Positions 58,456-64,000 of a DNA stretch of 64,000 bases are shown one piece after another. A program made the translations under genes and the position numbers. The notes beneath the pieces are model-generated. The model saw nothing but the letters and a program-made list of their open reading frames with translations, was not told the DNA's origin and did not search any database. The stretch comes from a virus (Duplodnaviria; Caudoviricetes). Each line of letters opens with the position of its first letter. Positions within the stretch are counted from its first letter, which is position 1. The stretch spans positions 64,001 to 128,000 of IMG/VR virus record IMGVR_UViG_3300021426_000004, one strand, 5' to 3'.

Positions 58456-59221
58456 AATTACAGAAGAACTGGAAGAAAAGATTCTTTCAGACTTTATTCA
58501 GAAATTTCAGAAAGAATGGACTCAGTTTAAAGAGAATATGAACGAGACAAAGTTCAACTTCTCTGTTCAGATGTCACAGAAAGCGAAAGAGAAGATTACT
58601 GTTCGTTATTCTCAATCTGCATATCTTAAAATGCAGGCACTTGTAGAGAATTTCGACACAGAAGTCGGCTGGTATGGATTTGTTAAACGTTTGGATGAAA
58701 ACACATATTATGTTTATGATGTAAAAGTCTGTAAGCAATATGTTACAAGCGGAAAGGTTGATACAGAAGATGAAGATACGCTGAAGTTCTTTGATTCTTT
58801 GACGGATGAAGAAATTGAGGATATGCATTTTCAGGCGCATTCTCATGTAAATATGTCTACAATGCCGTCCGGAACCGATCTTCAGAATCAGTCCGATGTT
58901 GTCAGAAATATGGGCAACAAAGGATTCTATTTGTTCCAGATCTGGAATAAGCGAGGAGATATAAACAGTTTCCTGTATAACCTTGATGAAAACCTTTTCT
59001 ATGATAGGAATGATATTGTTACTGAAATTGAAGGACTTGATGAGTTTATCCTATCTGTAGATGATCTGGTTATAGAACAAAAGACATATCCGTATCAATA
59101 TTCTCCTTATCCTGTTCCCGTAAATCAAAAAGAGAAGACAACTAAAAAAAACGAAGAAAAAAGTCCGTATCTAAATGATTATTGGGATGGATGCAATTAT
59201 AACGAAAGGTGGGATTGGTAA
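58442..59221 (+). CDS. JAB/MPN+ metallopeptidase (deubiquitinase-like)
   Basis: TEVGW and HSHVNMSTMPSGTD (E...HxH-x7-SxxD). Confidence 0.88.
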   Translation: MKPIKITEELEEKILSDFIQKFQKEWTQFKENMNETKFNFSVQMSQKAKEKITVRYSQSAYLKMQALVENFDTEVGWYGFVKRLDENTYYVYDVKVCKQYVTSGKVDTEDEDTLKFFDSLTDEEIEDMHFQAHSHVNMSTMPSGTDLQNQSDVVRNMGNKGFYLFQIWNKRGDINSFLYNLDENLFYDRNDIVTEIEGLDEFILSVDDLVIEQKTYPYQYSPYPVPVNQKEKTTKKNEEKSPYLNDYWDGCNYNERWDW

Positions 59222-59893
59222 TTGAATCTTACAAAAAGTGCAGAGTTTTTCAATCCTGAAAGCGTTAAAGAAACAATTAACTTGATTGGATGTGGTTCTG
59301 TTGGATCTGCCGTTGCTGAGCTTCTTGCAAGGTTCGGACTGACTCGTGTCAATCTTTATGATTTTGACACGGTAGAAGAGCACAATCTTTCCAATCAGAT
59401 GTTCACAACGAAGAATCTTTATAAACCTAAGCTCGAAGGTGTTTATGACAGATGGACTGAAATCAACCCTGAAGCAGCTAAGAACATCAAGCTATTTGGG
59501 GATGGCTGGGACGGCCAGAAACTTTCTGGATATGTATTCCTTTGCGTAGATAATATCGAATTACGCAAACGAATCGTTGAAGAAAATAAGTATAACATCA
59601 ACATAAAGGCTATGTTTGATTTTAGGACGGCTCTTGTTTCAGCGCAGCATTATGCGGCAGACTGGAGCAAGGACGAAGACATTGCTGCATTTCTTGATAC
59701 GATGGACTTTACCCACGCTGAAGCAGAAAAGAATGTTCCAGTAAGTGCTTGTAAGGTATCTTTGTGCGTAATGCCAACCGTATGGAGTGTGGCAATGGCC
59801 GGAGTTGTGAACTTCGTTAATTTCGTAAAAGAAGGAAAACTGGAAAAGGCAATGATTCTTAAGCCTTTTGATTTCGAAACTTTAATTCTGTGA
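59222..59893 (+). CDS. ThiF/E1-like adenylating enzyme
   Basis: LIGCGSVGS, DFDTVEEHNLSNQ, CVDNIELR and candidate catalytic Cys in SAC. Confidence 0.9.
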   Translation: MNLTKSAEFFNPESVKETINLIGCGSVGSAVAELLARFGLTRVNLYDFDTVEEHNLSNQMFTTKNLYKPKLEGVYDRWTEINPEAAKNIKLFGDGWDGQKLSGYVFLCVDNIELRKRIVEENKYNINIKAMFDFRTALVSAQHYAADWSKDEDIAAFLDTMDFTHAEAEKNVPVSACKVSLCVMPTVWSVAMAGVVNFVNFVKEGKLEKAMILKPFDFETLIL

Positions 59894-59894
59894 T

Positions 59895-60156
59895 TCATAA
59901 AGACCAAAAATGTTCAATCATTAGCAGTTTATGTTATAAGCTGAATCATTTTGCTCGGAGAAGAAGAAGAAGAGCCAGACCGACGCCTCCGCCGGTCTGG
60001 CTCTTGGGAAATTCAGGAAATAACAGTCAGAAAGATGAAGATCAATAAATAGAAACGGGTAAGACGACTGGAAATGGCCAAATAGCAGGGAAATTCACTT
60101 AAACATGCTGCAAGATCCGGACTATTTCCAGGTAAGACTGTAGAGAGTTTATGAAG
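59895..60156 (+). ncRNA. Structured ncRNA upstream of the reverse transcriptase
   Basis: Terminal TTCATAAA/TTTATGAA pairing, GTT-loop hairpin CAGTTTAT/ATAAGCTG, perfect 13-bp hairpin AAGAGCCAGACCG/CGGTCTGGCTCTT, and CTGGAAATG/TATTTCCAG stem. Confidence 0.65.
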
Positions 60157-60174
60157 CAACAGAAAGGATAACAA

Positions 60175-61323
60175 ATGATTTATATTACTTCACATCAGCA
60201 TAGAAAACCAAGAACAATAACATGGGAAGATGTCATTGCTGATAAAATTGTTTTTAATGACATGGCTAATGATGTTTCAAACTACACAGGCACAATAACA
60301 AGAAAACTCTCGGAAATTGATTCAGCAATGTTAAAAAAGATTAACATAGACGGAATGATCCAATGGCTGGAATCGTATAATAATGAAAATGAGGAATTAT
60401 TCAAAGCAAGAAGACAAGATCTTTACTCTTCATTTATGATCCCAAAAGCAACTGGAGGGTTTAGACGCATTGATAATCCTTGCGACAAACTACAAAACGC
60501 TTTAAGGAAATTAAGTACATTTCTGACAGAAGACTGTGGACTTTTGTATCATACTGCAGCATTTGCGTATGTTAAAGGAAGAAGTATTGTAGATTGCTTG
60601 AGAAAACATCAGAGAAATAACTCGAACTGGTTTCTTAAAACGGATTTCAGCGGCTTCTTTCCGAATACTACTTTGGAATTTACTATGAAAATGCTGAAAA
60701 TGATATTTCCTTTATCTGAAATATGTAAAAGGAATGACGGTTATAAAGCGTTAAGAAAGGCTATAAGCTTAGGATTCCTGAACGGTGGATTACCCCAAGG
60801 AACGGTATTGTCGCCTACACTTACAAACATAATTTGTATTCCTATTGATTATCGTCTGTTTAATAGATTTTCTGATATGAAAATTGTGTACACAAGATAT
60901 GCAGATGATATGCATATTTCAGCAGAAAGCAAATTTCCAAAAGAGAAAGCAATTCAAATAATCAATGAAACGCTTGAAAAGTTTGGAGCTCCTTGGGAGC
61001 TGAAACCTGAAAAGACGCATTATGGTAACAGAAAGGGTAAGAACTGGTGCCTTGGATTACTGATCAATGCACAAAATAATATCAGCGTAGGAGATAAGAA
61101 GAAGAAATATTTCCAGGCAGCGCTTAATTCGTTTATTCTGGATACCAAGAATAATAAGCTGTGGAACATGGAAGATGTTGTACATCTGAATGGTTTGCTG
61201 TCTTATTACAAGATGGTTGAAAAAGAATACTTTATGAAGACTATTGAAAAATATAACAAAAAGTATTCAGTTGATGTACACGAAATGTTTAAAAGTTATA
61301 TGAACGGTAGTTTAGCAGCATAA
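60175..61323 (+). CDS. Reverse transcriptase, retron-like / unknown-group
   Basis: IPKATGGFRRI, KTDFSGFFP, GLPQGTVLSP, YTRYADD, KPEKT and CLGL motifs. Confidence 0.92.
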   Translation: MIYITSHQHRKPRTITWEDVIADKIVFNDMANDVSNYTGTITRKLSEIDSAMLKKINIDGMIQWLESYNNENEELFKARRQDLYSSFMIPKATGGFRRIDNPCDKLQNALRKLSTFLTEDCGLLYHTAAFAYVKGRSIVDCLRKHQRNNSNWFLKTDFSGFFPNTTLEFTMKMLKMIFPLSEICKRNDGYKALRKAISLGFLNGGLPQGTVLSPTLTNIICIPIDYRLFNRFSDMKIVYTRYADDMHISAESKFPKEKAIQIINETLEKFGAPWELKPEKTHYGNRKGKNWCLGLLINAQNNISVGDKKKKYFQAALNSFILDTKNNKLWNMEDVVHLNGLLSYYKMVEKEYFMKTIEKYNKKYSVDVHEMFKSYMNGSLAA

Positions 61324-61328
61324 CAAGA

Positions 61329-61460
61329 AAAGTCTGAAAAGACTCACGAGATGTTATCGAGTGAAACAAGAAGATCCTTTTATAATATAATTTATTATAA
61401 GAATTCCTGAAGGCGGCCACAAGTGGCAGCCTTCAGGAATCATTATAATAAATAATATTA
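61329..61460 (+). ncRNA. Structured element downstream of the reverse transcriptase (about 30-bp imperfect hairpin)
   Basis: ATTTATTATAAGAATTCCTGAAGGCGGCCAC-aa-GTGGCAGCCTTCAGGAATCATTATAATAAAT, preceded by a GTT-loop hairpin and AAGAAGA. Confidence 0.55.
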
Positions 61461-61507
61461 AACTAATACTTCGTATTTAGTTGTTATGATTTAAACTAAT
61501 CTTTTAG

Positions 61508-61555
61508 TTCGGTACCGAACTATGGAGACATTCGAAAATTGACGTAAAGGAGAGA
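61508..61555 (+). promoter_or_regulatory. Repeated motif, class III (extended form)
   Basis: TTCGGTACCGAACTATGGAGACATTCGAAAATTGACGTAAAGGAGAG. Confidence 0.6.
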
Positions 61556-61934
61556 GTGTTGTTAGAAAGGTAGGAATCGCTCTCCTGTAGCACTCTTTCC
61601 TTTATAAAAACATACGTTCCGATGTTAAAAACCTTTGTAGGAACGTTTCTTTGTAATGCGTGGCTTTGCGCTTACAAGGAAAGGCCGTATTAATATATTG
61701 CGAGACAATATGATACGGTCGGGAGCTGCTCGCAATAAGCTTAATGAAGACTCTGCCTGTCTTCGGCTCCCATTTTAATTTAATAAAAAGAGTAGATTCC
61801 CAACACACATAAAAAATCGCTTTTTTAGTGGTTTCAGGATCATCTTATATAGCGACATCTCTCTTGCATCCAGAGCTAACAATGTAAGTTCTCATGTTGC
61901 TATTTAGGCTGATTAATTTCAGCCTATTTTTTTA

Positions 61935-61998
61935 TGCGCAGTCGTCCAACGGAAGGACAACGTACAAGTAAATCCAAGTTCGATTCTTGGCTGTGTAA
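61935..61998 (+). pseudogene. tRNA-like element lacking an anticodon arm
   Basis: Acceptor TGCGCAG/CTGTGTA, D-arm GTCC...GGAC, T-arm CCAAG-TTCGATT-CTTGG. Confidence 0.5.
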
Positions 61999-62306
61999 CT
62001 AAATTCTGAGAGATAAAATACTTAATAGAAAACAATTTGTGGCAAACATTTGTTCTCCTTTCCAATACATAAGAAACGAATCTTCTATTGGGATTTTATC
62101 GAGTGCTCTCTCAGGCATGAACCCTCTGCAGTGCAATCGTTTCTCGCTGCAACAGTTTTGTTAAGGGCAGGCAGCCCCGAAGAGTAAAACCACTGTTTCA
62201 TGGGGATGCGTGGTGATGCTGTACGGAAGGAAACATAACGTACAGCTTTAGCTATGTCTCCGTAAGGAGTTTATATAAACAAAAATTTGAAAGGGGAGAT
62301 TTCTTA

Positions 62307-64000
62307 TTGTCTGTAAAAACATATCTGCTTGAGCAGATAAGGCTGGTGTCCCTATCCAGTTACGATCTTTTTACGGATGAAGAGTACGATCTGTATATGC
62401 AGATAGTTGAACTCAAAAATCATTTGGACGAATTGGATAATAACAACGCAACAAAACAAGAAAAGCAACCAATCATCGATGAAAAGGCAAAATTAAAGCA
62501 TAAGCTTGAAACAATTATACTTCAGCATAAAGATACTCCAAGAACGGTTCGGCTGAAATCAGTTATTTATCATCCCAAAGATGCTGATTATCCGTTTCCG
62601 GAAGGAATAACTTATCGTAATCTGAAAAGCGGTAAAAAAATTGCTGAGTTTTGTTGCGAGCTGTCCAGAGCAATGGGCTTAAAGAATCTTGATTCAACAT
62701 TGGATTTGATTGTTGTTAAATGGAAAAACACCGAAATACTTCGTCAGCTTGTAATGAACGGATTCTATATGCCACTTCTTACTGAAAACGGAATAGAAAA
62801 CCGGCATTACAGATTTTTCACAGCCAGCGCTGGGCAACTGAGAAGAGATAAAATCCAATGTATATCTGATCAAGCATGGGAAAAGGTACACAAAAGACTG
62901 GAATGTGGAATGAACTGGGATTTAATTAACGAAAGAGGATCGTTGAATCCTAATAAGTATCTTGCATACTTAAGTCTTGGGTCTTCCGCTACTGAAGAAT
63001 GGGCAGACTTTGATATTGACCGCTGTATTGTGATCAAGGAATTTGAAGGGCCTGTCACAGACAGAATGATGTATATCAAACCTGATTACACATATGAAAC
63101 AAGTGTTCGCACCGTAATGATTGATCATACAGATGGATGTGGAATGATGCTTCCTGAAGTTTCAAAATCAAATTTTATGGTGAGGAGCTGCTGGATTAAA
63201 GGTCTTCTTGGTAGCTTTGATTTTATGAAGTTTTGCAAAGTAAATAATGTAAGTCCTGTAATTGAAGATGCTTGGGGAAAAACACATGATCTTGTGAAAG
63301 AAAAAATCAATGTTATCCTGACAACATCTATGTTTAAGCTGTATAAGCTTTATAAATCATGGGATGAGTACAAGAAATTCTTCAAAGAAAATGATTGCAG
63401 GTTTTGCAGAACAAACTATGAAGAAGATTATATAAAAGATACAACAATTTCATATCAGATGATTCAAACTTGTGTGCTTTTCAGCGACGCTGAAATAAAA
63501 GAGTTCACCAAGAATGAACATAACAGAATAGAAAACCTTACTAAGGATAAGAAATCAATGCTGGAAATACTGAAGGCAAATCCAAACTCGGATCAGCCTT
63601 ATAAAGCAGCATTAGCGTTATATCCTGAGCTGTTAAGAGAAGCATACACAAGAGAATCTATGAAAAACATCCGTAAAAGAATGTTGCTGGATGCTAAGTC
63701 GGGCCGAATAAGATGTGAAAATAAACGATTATTTGTCTTGCCTGACTTCTATGCAGCCTGTGAATATTGGTTTATGGGTATTGAAAGACCAAAAGGACTG
63801 CTGGCTAAAGATGAGGTTGCTTGTAAGATATTCAGAAGACATGATAAAGCTGATGTTTTGAGGTCTCCTCATCTGTATCTTGAACATTCTATTCAGAAAA
63901 TATCCCATGATCAGAATGTTTATGATTGGTTCTACACAAATGCAATTCATACAAGTGTGCAAAGTATGATTTCCAGAATTTTACAATTCGATGTTGATGG
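62307..64000 (+). CDS. YonO-like single-subunit RNA polymerase (3' end outside window)
   Basis: TTG start after AAGGGGAG. Motifs FFTASAGQLR, HTDGCGMMLP, FMVRSCWIKGLL and LRSPHLY; the window ends in frame at ILQFDVDG. Confidence 0.88.
   Translation, partial: MSVKTYLLEQIRLVSLSSYDLFTDEEYDLYMQIVELKNHLDELDNNNATKQEKQPIIDEKAKLKHKLETIILQHKDTPRTVRLKSVIYHPKDADYPFPEGITYRNLKSGKKIAEFCCELSRAMGLKNLDSTLDLIVVKWKNTEILRQLVMNGFYMPLLTENGIENRHYRFFTASAGQLRRDKIQCISDQAWEKVHKRLECGMNWDLINERGSLNPNKYLAYLSLGSSATEEWADFDIDRCIVIKEFEGPVTDRMMYIKPDYTYETSVRTVMIDHTDGCGMMLPEVSKSNFMVRSCWIKGLLGSFDFMKFCKVNNVSPVIEDAWGKTHDLVKEKINVILTTSMFKLYKLYKSWDEYKKFFKENDCRFCRTNYEEDYIKDTTISYQMIQTCVLFSDAEIKEFTKNEHNRIENLTKDKKSMLEILKANPNSDQPYKAALALYPELLREAYTRESMKNIRKRMLLDAKSGRIRCENKRLFVLPDFYAACEYWFMGIERPKGLLAKDEVACKIFRRHDKADVLRSPHLYLEHSIQKISHDQNVYDWFYTNAIHTSVQSMISRILQFDVD

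Noticed and set aside
60175-61323. Diversity-generating retroelement or group II intron RT
   Set aside because: It has PQG...SP rather than the DGR IG...SQ pattern; I saw no TR/VR repeat pair, no maturase/endonuclease extension and no interrupted host gene.

Overview
A 64-kb segment of a large tailed phage genome, probably infecting a Firmicute (strong AGGAGG-type RBSs, SPbeta-like head module). The minus-strand arm (1-26.3 kb) is the virion morphogenesis operon: terminase, portal, protease/scaffold, capsid, neck, a major tail gene split by a group I intron carrying a GIY-YIG endonuclease, tail chaperones with a -1 frameshift, and a tape-measure gene of more than 3,676 codons that runs off the window edge. 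The plus-strand arm (26.7-64 kb) holds early/middle genes, tRNAs and many structured non-coding RNAs. Main discoveries: (1) a compact RAMP/Cas7-like gene plus an accessory gene flanking a non-coding array of about seven 5-nt-periodic (AYA-NN)n tracts held between long stems, a candidate RNA-guided system with no CRISPR array. (2) The tape-measure protein carries an in-frame two-barrel RNA polymerase domain (DADFDGD) and a PD-(D/E)xK nuclease domain; with two more DxDGD polymerases and three repeated intergenic signatures this suggests a three-polymerase transcription cascade. (3) A Ubl-E2-JAB-E1 ubiquitin-like operon followed by a retron-like reverse transcriptase flanked by two similar hairpin ncRNA units. 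(4) A family of tRNA-like RNAs with large insertions, and two shared C-terminal peptide motifs across many small proteins. All assignments come from reading motifs by eye; no searches were run.
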